NCBI RefSeq assembly: GCF_037042905.1
Contig: NC_087251.1
Span: forward strand, 1,302,001-1,366,000
Direction of reading: 5' to 3'
DNA: 64,000 nt
From: Lytechinus pictus
Lineage: Eukaryota
The notes beneath the pieces are model-generated. The model saw nothing but the letters and a program-made list of their open reading frames with translations. It did no database searches and had not been told where the DNA came from. Position numbers and translations under genes: made by a program. Positions 1-13,491 of the stretch are shown here, one piece after another (within the stretch, counting starts at the first letter, position 1; the number at the start of each line of letters is the position of its first letter).

Positions 1-194
1 CTTACATCACTATGACATCCCATATGCGGCCAATTTGAAGTCTCCATGAGTATAGTGATTACGAATATTTACAACTTTTGAAAATTCATAACTTTCTTGT
101 TGTTTGTCCAATATTGTTCAAACTTTCACCTATCAACTTGTCTGATTTTTCTTTTTCTTATAAAAAACAAGTTTTATTTGGGTTGGATTCCCCT
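1..194. mobile_element. Right part of a Kolobok-like non-autonomous DNA transposon (same family as 43483-44075)
   Basis: Nearly identical to 43882-44075. Ends ...TGGATTCCCCT followed by TTAA at 195-198. Confidence 0.75.
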
Positions 195-509
195 TTAAAT
201 TTGAATATCTGTAAGGGCTTAAAGTCATAACCTCCTTTGATAGACCACTGTGCCCTTCACATTGGCCTGGATGTTTCTTGTATCTTTAAAAAATATTTCC
301 CATAAATGTGACGAAAAATATACATGTGCCCCATAGGAAAGTGGGCTTGCCCGGGGGGGGGGGGGGGGGGGGGGGTCAAATATATTGCTGTACACATGCG
401 TGACCAAAAAATGGGTTCAAAGGGGTGTTTTTTCAGTTTTGGACGAGGGCCGAGCGTGCACTCGTTTAGGGTATTAAAAACACTGATTTTCAAGAAAAAG
501 GGTGGTTTT

Positions 510-3500
510 AAAGATTCAAGATTGTTTTATTGGTCCATGAATGCTAAGCATCCAGATTAATTTAGTTTCCAATGGCTTTAAACACATAACAAACACACAA
601 AAATGCAAAATAAAATATATCATAGCAATCTAACTCTACATAAACAATACAACTTAGTGATAACTTTTCTGCAATAGGTTGATAACCCTTAGAATTCATA
701 ATTCGAAATTCATAAATTATAAGAAATAGGTGATGAGATGTCTGCATGCTGCTAACTCCTCCCCCCCATCCTAGTATGCGGTATATAATCATCATAAATT
801 GACACTTACAAAACACCCGTTCAAAAGAGAGTGATAGATATGTAGGAAAATATGAAAGGGAGCTGGAGGGAAAGGTAAAGTGTAGAAGAAGAAGAGAAAC
901 AAAGAACAAGAAAGGAGAGAAAAGGAGAAAAAGAAGAAGCAGAAGAAGAACTGAGTAGGAGGAGAAGAAGAAGAAGAAGAAGAAAAAGAAAAAGAAGGAG
1001 AAAAAGAAAAAGTAAAAGAGGAAGAAGAAGAAGAAGAAGAAAAATAAGAAGAAAAATAAAAAGAGGAAGATATATCATCGTGTTACTTTTGAGTTATACA
1101 CATGTATAGAATTAGGAATAAAGGAGTACCGGTAGCGTGAGAGGCGTGTGCGGGGGGACACAGCCGTATTCCTGAACAATTAAAACGGAAGCAATCATTG
1201 AGGAGGTGGGTCTTGTCTGCCATAATGATTATGGTATGTACTTTGGCAAGTATGCGTTCTTCGTAAATTGCTTGGACAGGGGACAAATCCATGCCTATCG
1301 TCCTTTGTGCAATTCGTCGAATCCGGTCTATTCTTTGTTTTGCTCGTTTGACATATTTCCGAAAGTACATACCAGGTTAAAAGTTATTACACTTTTGATG
1401 ATTGATTGATAGAACAGTTTCAGTATAGTTTTATCGATGTGAAAACTTCTAAGTTTTCGCAAGAAAAACATCCTTTGATTTGTTTTCTTTTGTACTGATA
1501 GACAATTTTGCTTCCATGAGAGCTTGTCATCAATGATTGTTCCGAGGTATTTGTACTCATGTACCTGCTCAATGACATCTCCCTGAATACGGAGTGGTTC
1601 ATGAATTTTATCACCCTTCCGAAAATCAATGATAATTTCTTTGATTTTACTGGTATTCAATATCAGGTAATGATCGTCACACCAACTGACAAAATCATTT
1701 ATCTGTGAGATATATTCATTAGGATCATTGAACAGGTAGCCTGTTATCACGGTATCGTCTTCATACTTGATTACACTGCAGGATGTCTTCGTACCTATGT
1801 TCAAGTTCAAGTGTACAACGAGAAAATAACGGGAGATAATACGCAACCTTGGGGGGCTCCAATTTGCCTCACCACCTCTCGTGACTGACAATACCCAGCT
1901 TTAACTGATTGAATTCTCGAGCAAAGGAAATTTTGGATACATAGAATTGGCCGGGGTTTACATTCATATCTATCAACATTTGTACAAGGCAATGAGGTGC
2001 GATCGTATTGAATGCACTGGAGAAGTCAAGAAATAGTGATCGCGTGTACAACTTTGCACGATCGAGATGCTCATATATCTTATGGAGAAAAACAAGAGTA
2101 GCATCTTCTACACTTCTCTTTGACTGATAGGCAAATTGACATTGGTCTATTTGACACTGTGATTCTTTTAACAATTGGACAAGAAAGAGCCTTTCGAAAC
2201 ATTTCATAACATTTGATGTTAGTGCTACCGGCCGGAAATCGTTTGGTTCACGGGCTTTGTTTATCTTAGGGATTGGTATAATTGTGGAGGTTTTCCACAA
2301 TTTTGGGATAACCCCTGTATCCAAACACAGTTGAAAAATATGACAAAGAATTGGAGATAACTGTTGGTTACAGTATTTCAATAATCTATTGCAAATGCCA
2401 TCCGGGCCGGTTGCTTTGTTTACTTTTACCTTCCCCAACACCCTCCTAAAATTTTCTTCAGAAAACAGAACTCTATTACTGTCACCAAACTGGGAAATCA
2501 GGTGTTCTAAATGACCTTTCAGAACAATGTTTTCCTAATGAAAATCATGTACTTCAAATGTTGAGTAGTAACTATTGAGTTCATCAACAAAGTCTGCGGT
2601 AAAGTCCGGAGATTTTTTTCTTCCCTTTGTATCCCGTAATTGTTTCCATCGCGCGCCATGCTGCTTGAGTGTTATTTTGAGAGAAACTGCGTTCAAGTTT
2701 GCTTTTGTAGGACCGTTTACAAGACTTAATCTCTCGATCAATCTGTTTTTGTACATCTTTTAGCTGACCTCGATCACCACTCTTGAACACCTTCCTTTAT
2801 TCTTGCAGCAGCTTCTTCAGCGGACTACTGACCCATGGTTTATCGTTAGCAAAGACATTTTTTTCTTTTTCAGGTATAATCATCTCGGCACAATACCGAA
2901 TGTAATCAGAAATTACATCGACCGACTGATCCACCGTGTTTTGTGTTTCGAAGAAAAGATTCCAATCCGTTGATTCATAACATGCGCAAAGTTCATCAAT
3001 TGCTTCCTCGGTCCAGCACTGACGAACCTTTGTTACCGGCTTGTTTCTTTTGAGCTTCTGTTTGTAGGATGGTACTAACAAGACATTGTTGTGATCCGAT
3101 GCACCGAGCTGTGGACAGGCCTTTGTTTTGTATGCCGTGGGAACATTTCCATAGCAACGATCTAGCGTCACATCGTTGCGTGTAGGTTGTGTAACGTACT
3201 GTTCGTATGTGGGCAAAACATGTTCTAATGTGCACTGATTGAAATCCCCAGTTACAAATTTCGGGCTGTCAGGCGAAACAGATTCCAAGTTGTTTATCCT
3301 ATCAGCAATTATCTGACTAGCCTCCTTCGTGTCCGCCTCGGGATGAATATAAACGACTATCACAAGTGATTGGCTAAATTCTCTTGGTAGATAGACAGGA
3401 CAAAGCCCTACAGTCATGAATTCAATATTGGGGGTACATAGTTTTTCCTTGACTGTCCAATCATTACACCATTGATTATTGATGTACATACAAACACCTC

Positions 3501-4047
3501 CACCCTTTGTTTTCCCCGATTCAATTGTCCTATCTGATCTTACTAGATGAAAGTCTGGTATGGTCACCTCTTCCTCGGGTATAGACTGATTTAGCCAGGT
3601 CTCTGAAAAACATAGTAGACACGATTCTCGATATTCATAGAGATGACGGGAACTAGTGCGAAGTTCATCCATTTTATTACATATTGACCGGACATTTCCG
3701 AGTAAAATTGTAGGAAGTGGTGGTTTTGACTTACGATTCCGAATGCAGTTTCTCGTTCCTCCTCTCTTGCCGCACTTTCTCGGTTTAATCTCATGGGGAA
3801 AGTGCTCGCATCCATCGGGGAGTGTTACGGACACTCGCGGGTGAGCAGAAGTTACCACAAAATGAAATGAAACGAAGAACAGGATAAACACAAGAGCAGA
3901 CACATGTAATACAAGAGTTTTACTAGACATGATGGTGGAGAAACAAACATAAAAAATATTGATTTAGGTGAAGAAAACACACACAATTTGAAGTCAAAAC
4001 GGAGAGAAAAAAGCCAAAGGTGGTCGCTACCGAGCAGCGCCCTCATG
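510..4047 (-). mobile_element. Near full-length, frameshifted Rex1/Babar-clade non-LTR retrotransposon (APE endonuclease + RT)
   Basis: ORF 2797-3930 has APE motifs (NVRS, FSETWL, GGGV, YLPREF, GDFN, TLD, SDH). RT motifs are split over frames (KATGPDGI, DFRPVALTS, FLDFSSAFNTI, GAPQGCVLSP, KYEDD instead of YADD, EYKYLGTIID). The 3' end has AATAAA (526-531) and an AATCTTG-type tail. Clade assignment is from motif recognition. Confidence 0.9.
884..1070 (+). repeat. Degenerate (GAA)n purine-rich tract within the LINE 3' UTR
   Basis: Runs of AGAAGA/AAAGA visible directly. Confidence 0.85.
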
Positions 4048-4422
4048 AAATGACTGGTCAGTGGTCAATCGCGGGGTCAAATCTATTTAGGGTATGATTT
4101 TTTTTCCAAAGCTTTATTTTTAGACTAGGCAAACGTGTTTACATGTAGGGTATGTTTTTCCCAAAGCTTTATCCCCGGGGTCATATTCTGGTGACAACTT
4201 GTTTAGGGGCCAAAATGTGTAAATAAAGCCCGCAAAACTTGTTTAGGGTTATTTTGCACACAGAGAAAAAACTTGTTTAGGGGGTGTTTGGGAATAATTT
4301 GGTCACGCATGTGTACAGCACTACAGCAATATATTTGACTGCCCTCTCCCCCCTCCCCCGGGGGGGCTTGCCCTATTAAAACAAATGGTCTGACCTATGT
4401 GTTTTGTTCTTTTTCTCTTTAG

Positions 4423-4500
4423 GATTCTTCATCAGCTACTCCAGTGACTCTGAAGGTTGATCCTCATGGACACTTTTTATATTGGAAGATTCAGAATAAG
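4423..4500 (+). CDS. PLCB: Phospholipase C-beta exon, PH domain (DSSSATPVTLKVDPHGHFLYWKIQNK); first exon visible in window
   Basis: Pyrimidine tract+AG and GTATGT donor; 78 nt, phase 0-0; resembles PLC-beta PH N-terminal strands. Confidence 0.92.
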
Positions 4501-7500
4501 GTATGTATTCCATTTTCAAATGCCCTCCTTACAGATATAAACCTAATATGGTGCAGTCCAGGGATGGGAGTGGGGTAAGACTTCAAACCCCCCCCTCCCC
4601 CCCCCCCACCCCCGGATCCCATGCATAAGGGCCAGGTACAATTTACAACCAAGTTTGTTGTGTTAGTAGTGAAGTGTAATGTTCAAGTTGGCACTTTCAC
4701 TTTGTTTTCACCTTTGATAAATCTCATGAAATCTCATCAAATTTGTTCCTCCCAATATTCATCAATTTCATTTGCTGACGTTGTGACATCACAAACATAA
4801 TTGTATATGTACAAGTAATGTCCTTTTGCACAATTTTATGTGTGAAATTATGCACATTATATGTACAGACATGTGTATGACTTATGCCACTGTACACAGA
4901 TTATTGTGCAGTACTACATGTTTGAGGAAATTATACACACATAAAGTATGTAAAACAAGAGAAAAGTAAACAACAAAACAACATACATGTACATCCATGC
5001 ATAAAACAATTGTAAAAGCTTGGTACATGTAACATCAAGAAATGCAGATTTATTTTGTCTTTTGAAATAAATATTGTATGAAGATTCTTTTCATTATTTG
5101 AATTTTCAACATGGTACATGGTAAGCTCTGTCATGCTCAGAAAAAAACTAATTTTATTATCAGATTATCCATTAGAATTCATGTTTGCTCTTCTGCTTTA
5201 AGAAAGAAAATGTTTAGTTAGTGATAGACTTCATATAAAAGGCAATAGAAGTGTAGAAAAATGTTCCAACATGTAAAAACACTGGAAACCCTTAAACCTA
5301 GTAAAACTAATGAAATCATTTAATGCCTCCCCCTAGATACTTCCTTCAAATTGAATGAAGTGGTTTATTTTGATGTATATCTACAAAAAAAAACCTCATC
5401 ACCTAGTTTATATCATGAAATTACAATTTAAATTTGAAATTGTCAATTCAAAATCTTCTTTGATTTAAGCAGTCGTTTATATACCTAGAATAAATGCATA
5501 TATACTTTTCAGCAATATTTGCTTCTGAAAGAAAATTAATGAAACTGACTTTTTTCCCTTCATAATAATATATAGGCTTCTGTGTATTAAAAAGCAAAAG
5601 CAAACTTATAAATACATGAGTACCAGAAACAATTGTACACTCTACGTTGGGCTGATATGAGGTTTCATAATAATTAAATTATACTTTAAGATTCTTTAAG
5701 AAACAATGTTACTCAACATGTTCAACAAGTATAGTAAACATAGTTTAATCTGATTAGATGCAAATGCCATACTGTTATGAAAGGCAAAAGAAATCAATTT
5801 CATTTAAAAAGCATGCAAGGGAGTGTTTCCTTGGCTGGATGAGAAATAACCGATACAAACATGTGTATCACAAACTGTCGTGCATTAAGTATTCATTGTT
5901 ACAGGACATGTAAATTGCAGAATTTACACAAAATCTGTTGAGATACTAGTAGTTCTGTTTTTTAATAACATTATTAGTATGGTGTTATCAAGGTTTAGTG
6001 AATCCAAAGATGATTAATTTTCATATTTAATGAAAAAGAGAACAGTGTTTAAAGATGTGAAGTTAATGGTTGAAAATTTTCAATTGAGATGAACAAATTA
6101 AAAACAAAAGCATAGCCCTGACATTTTAAAAGTATATTTAATTTTCCTCTTTTGGAAGTTTGGCATGGGACAAAACTTCAAGATATTATTTTCCTATAAC
6201 TTCTGGATGAACATGAAGATATGAATATTTGCTTTCATCAAGAAAATAATAAACTTACAGTGTATGGGGAGAGGGTGCCATAGATGTATCTGACTAATGG
6301 CTAAATTTACATGTTTGTAAGAAATTAATAATTGGCAAAATAGTCACTACACTTTTGTATGATGTCAAATGTTGTAATTATTTATTGAACCCACCAAACC
6401 TTCAGACAGGATTTTACATTCCATCTGTGATCTTGGATTAGGCAATGGGAACAACCCAGTTGAACAGGGCTTGCCTTGACTTCCTCTCGAATCAATAACA
6501 CAAATATGATATATATGGTTTTCTCACTTTACAAGGAGATGAGTACTGGCTGGTATTATCAGTAATATGCATCTTGAATTCAAAATGGAATAAAATGTTG
6601 TTTTAATTTTTGGTAGATTGTATTTTTATATATTGATTGCGTCATGGGAAAAGGGTGAGAATATTTGGGCACGAGATAAGAAAAATATTGTACATTGATG
6701 AGCTGGCAATTGGATGAAAGTTAATCAGGGAGTTCAAATTTATCAATCCATTCTTTTTATTCTGTCTAAAAAGGAAAAAAAAATTGTTGACGTTTTAATG
6801 CACATGATAGCTTCAAGGATCAAAGCTCTTGATTTATAAAGGAAAACATTTTTTGAGTGATGGACCAGACAAGGAATTCATTTTCTCAAAGTATCCTAAG
6901 AGGTGTCAATAAAAATAATATTTGTTTAACTACACTGTCAAATATCTGTTTTCTCAAATGATTTAGATATTAGATATTTTTGGTATAAACATTGAATTAA
7001 ATAAGAAAGATATTTAGCCCTCCCAAATAGACACTGCCCCCCAAAAATAAACGTGTTTATTTTAATTTTATGGAGGTCTTGAGTCGATTCATTAAATGTG
7101 TAATTAATTCATCATGTACAATGTAATCTAATTCAATCAGTTAAACAGCAGGTTTAATATAACTTCAAATTGACATTCCTCTATTCCCTATTTAAAACTC
7201 TCTGTATCTTCATATCAAACGCTATAAAAGGTTTCATTCAAGATAACATAATAATCTATGGTATAGTTTCTTCTGCAAGAAGAATAAGGTCCTCTTGAAA
7301 AGTAAGCATTTACTTTGATTGAGTGAAAGCAGGAATATATGACACAAAATAGATAAAGCTCTTTTAATCCGTAATGTAACCATGGGGTGTGCCTACTTTT
7401 TTTTTTTTTTATTGACAAGCTCTTTTTCTCTTTACCCTACCAGCAAATAATTTTTTTTCTCTCAGAACGGGTCAAGGTTCATTCATTGTGACCGCCAAAC

Positions 7501-9419
7501 AAATTGTAAGAGCTACATGTATAAATATGTATCTTGGTTAAAAAGCACATTGAATGGCAGTGACACTAGTGATAGTGTATATTTGGGACAAAGAGGACAA
7601 AGATACAATGATATTTTGACATTTTGAATTTGAAAAAAAGGGTTAGGCCTACATTTGGGTAGATAAAGGACTTTCCCATTTTTTTTATTAATATAATATG
7701 CCATTATGAAATTCAAACATGTTTTGAATAGGTACAAAGACTACGGATCTTTGAAAAGTTGCCACTTATTTTTTCTTTTTGTGTACATGTATGCATCTAC
7801 TTCATAGATGTACACAATATGCTTTAATAATACAACAGCTGAGCAGGAAAAATATCTTTGTGTACATATGCACATTAATGCTTGCTAAGATGCAGAAGTT
7901 GAAATGATATTTGTTTTTATGACTACTCTTTTTCATTTTGCTGTAATGTACACATTTTGATAATTAAAATAAGCATACCAAAGACGAGAGATCTTTAAGC
8001 TAATTCATACTTAATTTTACAACATTGTGCTGTTACTGACAATAAGCACATGCTAATGTAAATACAATATCAATAATATGTTGAAAATCTATAAGAATAA
8101 CAAAATACGATATCGAGAGCAAAAAAAAAATTGGAAATGACCAAGTAGTGGGTATATTTAACTACATCCAGTGGACATGTATACCGTCTTTATGAACTCC
8201 TCTACATACATTCATACATGTAGGCCTACAGGTATGTATTGGATGTCAGTATACTGACCTCGACTGAATAACCTTTGACTTTCAGAGCTCAAGGTGAATT
8301 TTTTTTTCTTATTTTCTATTGAAAATAGTTTTGATGCATGACAGTGGAATTGAAATTGACTCTGATGATTTTATTTAGCTTTTACATGTATGTGTTGAAC
8401 AGATATTTCTTTAAATTATTTTTTATTTCATCCTCACTTTATAAAGGCGATTTTTAATTTCAGAAAATACCCCCAAAATGCATGTTACTTTTCCAATTCA
8501 TTATTTATTCATGTGTCCCAAAATGGCTATGGTGTGGAGGTTATAAACTATGTTTTTTATCTGATAAATTTACAGATTATTTTAAATCAGAATGTAAATA
8601 GATAGGGTGCCTAATTAAAATAAAGTATCTGCGTATTTATGTCTTGTTTATATACATGCAGTTTGAGCATGGAATGGACTGAAAATTTCAGAATATAATC
8701 TTTTTCAGTAGCAATCTAATATCCAATTATTAAACCTGTAAAGTAAGTGCTCAAAATGGCTATTTAAAGTTAAAAAAAAAATCATAATTCGGAGAGAGAG
8801 CCCTAGATGCCGAGTTTAAATTCGTAACAGCTTAAAAAATGCCAAATCTAAATTTTAACTGGCAGAAAACATATTCAGTGACTGCTACACTTTTGTAATA
8901 ATGGAATGTTGGATGATACATGACACGAGTTTAATTCTTATAATTAATTGATGATTTCCAATACACTATTTAAACAATGAATTAATGAAACTGTTTGTGT
9001 AAATTATGGGGCTAAAATGTTATGATTTTTCATATAAAATGTATATATACAAGACATATGTCACAACTGTCACTTGTAATTCCACAAAATATTTTTTTCT
9101 AAAGAAATGCGATTCTACTTTTTCAAACCTTTCTGCATTTCATGAAACCATATGGTTTGTCTTATTTTCCATATTTTTTTTACAACTTGAAAAAAGTAAG
9201 GAGTTTCAATACTGAATAAAAAAAAAATAGTGATCATCAAGTCCAAATAGATGATTGATATGTAAATATATTTTTTTACATCTTATGATAATTTCACATT
9301 AGCATGCAAGAGGAAGTCATCTTCCAGGCTAGGGTGAATCAATTATAAAGGTTTTCTTTTCATGCTCAATGACAAAGAAATTAACCTGCTCTGACCAGTG
9401 AAAATCACCAGTTTAGCTG

Positions 9420-10185
9420 AAGGGATTCACAAAAGAATACGCCTACATGAAGTCAATTAAAATGGTTAAAATCACCTATTTCATGTTCTCTTGAGATAAA
9501 AAAAAGTACTTTTTCAGTTCACTTTATGTCAAATCAATCACTTAAATTAAAATAGGCCTGCTATTTTGTAGTTTCTGAATCCAGATCCTGCAATTAAACG
9601 CAGTATATATTGTGTGTCGTACGGGACATGTCCCATACGACACAGTGTGTGTCGTACAGGACAACTTTTAATAGGAAAATTATTGAAAAATGAAGGGCAG
9701 TAATTAGATCTTCGTGGGGTAGATCGATCACCCATGGGTCAAAGATAGAGAAACTGATATTGTGAAATTGCATCATCAAAAATAAAATTGTAGGAAAAAC
9801 TTTTGCATTTTCATGTGTCGTACGGGACATTGCCAAAAATAGGTTCGGAAAAACCAGAGCTGCCCCTATTATGGATCATGAAAATGTTGTAGATATTATT
9901 TGGAACCATCAATGATACATTATTCCATTGACCTGCAATATTTTTAATCTTCTCATTCATTGCCAATAATCGTTTCAGGCATTGTTTGTACTTGATTATT
10001 TAATTAGCAAAATTATTGAAAATTCCATTGTTTCCCCCAAAAAAACTATATCTGACCTCACTTTTGGTTAAAACTCATAATTTTCATAAAATTTAGGTAT
10101 CATAGTAAAATATTACACTACTTATGACTTACTGAAAGCATGTTGAAATTTATGATATTTTTGAAGTTCTAGTGTGGAATCGCCC
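9420..10185. mobile_element. Probable non-autonomous DNA transposon remnant
   Basis: Motif GTGTCGTAC(G/A)GGACA occurs three times (~9614, 9651, 9815). Right end GTGGAATCGCCC resembles the end at 29265. Left end uncertain. Confidence 0.35.
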
Positions 10186-12356
10186 ATTATCAATATTACA
10201 GAAGAATCTTAAGAAGATTTGACATAATGTCAAATTTCTGAGATTTGGTCTGCAATTTTTCAGCAACAAATCAGATCACAGTTGTAATAGTGTGTGCTGG
10301 GCTTTTAAACAGGTTTTGATATATTCTGTTGATGTTGAAGTTATGTTCACTCAATGTTTTTCTTGTGATTGTGTTCACATTGTTCATATTAGGAGGGATC
10401 CAGTAGTAAAGTGGTAAGTATGAATGTAACAGGGCTATCTTACAATCATATATATCCCTTTTGTCATTTAGCAGTTCTGCATGTATTCAAAGTTTGCAGT
10501 GAGTAGCTTTTCCAACATCCTTTAGATATTTAGTGTCCAGATAGAATCCTCCTTTTTTCAATGGTCCATTCATTTTCTGTAATATCCCTAAGGATTTAAT
10601 TACTGTCAGATGTAGCAATAAGGGGAATGTCGTTGATCATTACAGAGGGATCCAAGCAGTACATGTTTTCTTTACCATTACTGTTATTTACCCCTTTCAG
10701 AATTGAGCGATTTGAATTATTCATTTGATTAGAAAATTATTCATTGCTTTATCATTGAAAAAAGCAGTTAATGTGAGTTTATTATTTAAATGCAGGATTT
10801 CTGCATTTGTTGCTGTTTTATGCATGCATTTTTTTGTGGTACAATTTAATATGATTTTCTGTTCTTTGTTCCAAATATCAAGACTTTTAGTATAAATGAA
10901 AGTAAATCAGGATTTACATGATTACATGTATACCGGGATTTACTTTTTTGATGTGATTTAAAAAATTTTGTGAGAATAAATACTGTAGATCTACTTTTCC
11001 TCTGACTTTGCATTGAAATAAAGATTAGAGATAATTTTCTCACTACATGTAGGTAGGATTTTTCGCTAAATAGCTCAATTTTTATCCTCTTTTTTTTTTG
11101 GTACAAGGATCTCTTATTTTGTTTTTTTTCTGGTGTCAAGGGAATATTGCATGTAATTCTTTCTATTTTTTTAAATCTGGTCACTTTCAATAATGATGTT
11201 TTTTCCATTGTAAATCATGATTTTGTGGTGGGATAATTCTGACATCCTCTGCCTAATATTGTATTTTTTTATTTTTTCGTACCATTTGCATACATGTACG
11301 TACTTACCAGTTTGAAGCGATATGTTTTTTTTGGTACCGAATCCTGATTTGAAATCTTGCATTTTGATGAAAGCGTCAAAATGGTTTGTAGGCTTATTCA
11401 CAAATTGATATTCAGGTACTCATCACAATGTGCTTATAAAAAGAAATACTGCCAAAATTTTTTGTTATTAAGAAAATTTTGATGTTGCTACATGCCTAAT
11501 TTATATTTCCTTAAATTTTCAGATTTTCACATCTCAGTAGCCTTTATTGTAGTGTACACATTACAACAAATTATCATTACATATTACACTTTAATCATAT
11601 TCATATTGTATTGGAGGATTGGGAGCACATTTTATCATTAAAATTTATGAAGCACCATATTTACACTTATTGGAGTATATAGAGTACAGTTTATATACTG
11701 TACACTTTTGTACAAAAATAATCACCATTTTTATGAACAATACAAGAAGGTTTCAGCAAACAGAAACTCTTTTTTGAGATAAAGATAATCAAAGTTTAGC
11801 TTTTGTATTGTGGATGTTTTGGAGTACTGAAAGTATGAGATAAAATTGATAAAATATGATAGTTCAACATGAGAAAATGAATGAGACTAGATGTATACAT
11901 ATAAGGATATGAAAAAATCTGACATTTGACGGTCCAGATCAAAATAATTATTTAAAAACCACAAAATCTTCGCTTCTTGAGACATTTCATAAAAATGGTG
12001 ACATTTCATACATGTATATTTACTCCTATTCTACCATGTTGAAAACTATCGCATGTTTGATGTAAGTAGTACAATGTATGTATACAAATGCTATTTTCTT
12101 CAAATTATTTTCAATGTATGTTCTTTTCTAAGAGCCAGAAGAGCATTGGATTATAAACATCCTTGTTGCTCTTACATGTACATGTATGTGCTGTATGTAC
12201 AATTATATTTATATTTAAGATTAGGTATTATGGAGTCCTTAGTTTCTATACTAATATTCAAACTGGAAAAATGAATCACTGAATTCAGGGAGAAGAGAAC
12301 AAAGAATTCACAGGATTTTGTTTTTCTACACATTGCTTCATTATTTAATAGTCCTG

Positions 12357-12544
12357 GGGAGTGTTTCATAAAGCTGTTCGTAAGTTAAGAGTGACTTTAA
12401 GAATGACTGGTGAACCTTTCTTACATGTATGTTAAACCACCACCAATGAACATCTTGGTGTATACCATTTACCATACTGTGAAAGGATCACCAGTCGTTC
12501 TTAAAGTCGCTCTTAACTTACCAACAGCTTTATGAAACACCCAC
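12357..12544. mobile_element. Palindromic PIF/Harbinger-like MITE
   Basis: ~65-bp imperfect TIRs (GTGTTTCATAAAGCTGTT...AACAGCTTTATGAAACAC); CTG flanks both ends. Confidence 0.8.
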
Positions 12545-12904
12545 CTGTGACGTCACCCACCATGAATTGAATCTGGCTGCTGCAGTACATGTAACTTCAC
12601 CATGTTTTCTTATATCACCGAAGAATATAAAATGTAATGCTATTGTATAGAATGCTGAAGAATCGTTAGCATTTAATGGAATATGGAAAATGATAGGTTT
12701 TTAAGTGTTTAGTGATTATTTCATGTTTATATTATACTAGTTGGATCATCCATGTTAAATAATAATGGTAATATCCTTCAATCAGGAGGTTGAAATCCTA
12801 TGAAAATCAGGAGAAAGGGAGTTGTTTCCTAGATGCAACATGTATTGCTGAAATTCATTGATAAACCTGAATTGTTATTCTTCTCTGTATTTCTGGGCAC
12901 ATAT

Positions 12905-13491
12905 CGTCTGTGGTCATCCGAACCGTCGTATCAGTCAATTTTCGATTTTGAGATTTTTGCATAAAATAAAAGTACTGGTCCTACTCTATTCATAACTAAA
13001 TTTCTACATGTAGGCAGCAATTTATTTTATTTTCTGAGATATGAGACGATTTTCACGGCGATGCCATACAAATTTTTGATAAAATTCGCAAATACCATAG
13101 GAAACGTGTACTGTAACAGAGCGATACAACGTTTTGACTGACCGCGATTTCAATGCGTGCGGTCAGCCAAACCGTCGTATCGGCACTGGGCACTGCATTG
13201 ACTTTGCATGTGAAAGCGATACATCGTTTTTGTACAGGAAAAATCTAAGCCGCTTGAACCGAAATTACAAGTATGTAGCGCTTTTGCTATATATTCTCGG
13301 ATCCTTAGTTTTGTGTAAAAATAAAGATACAAAGGTCAAGCTATTTTCTTGGTCTTTCCAACCATGTATTTTTCTAGCAAGGAATATGTTGTAAGGCTGG
13401 GGAACTAAGTGTGAAAATTATAGTAAACTTTGAAGTCGATTTTCTCTGAATAAGTGAAATAGTGATACGATGGTTCAGATGACCCCCAACG
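12905..13491. mobile_element. MITE with CGTC termini and 4-bp TSD (Sola1-like)
   Basis: TIRs CGTCTGTGGTCATCCGAACCGTCGTATCA / TGATACGATGGTTCAGATGACCCCCAACG; ATAT on both sides. Confidence 0.75.

Larger units (their letters stand above)
350..4362. mobile_element. Unclassified MITE with CCCGGG-poly(G) TIRs, split by the Rex1/Babar LINE
   Basis: GTCAAATATATTGCTGTACACATGCGTGACCA (~375-406) is inverted at ~4300-4339 with an 8-bp internal duplication. Ends are CCCGGG+G-run and C-run+CCCGGG. GGGCTTG flanks both sides. Confidence 0.7.

Noticed and set aside
821..1078. Leu/Phe-rich ORF
   Set aside because: Translation of the (TTC)n tract in the LINE 3' UTR.
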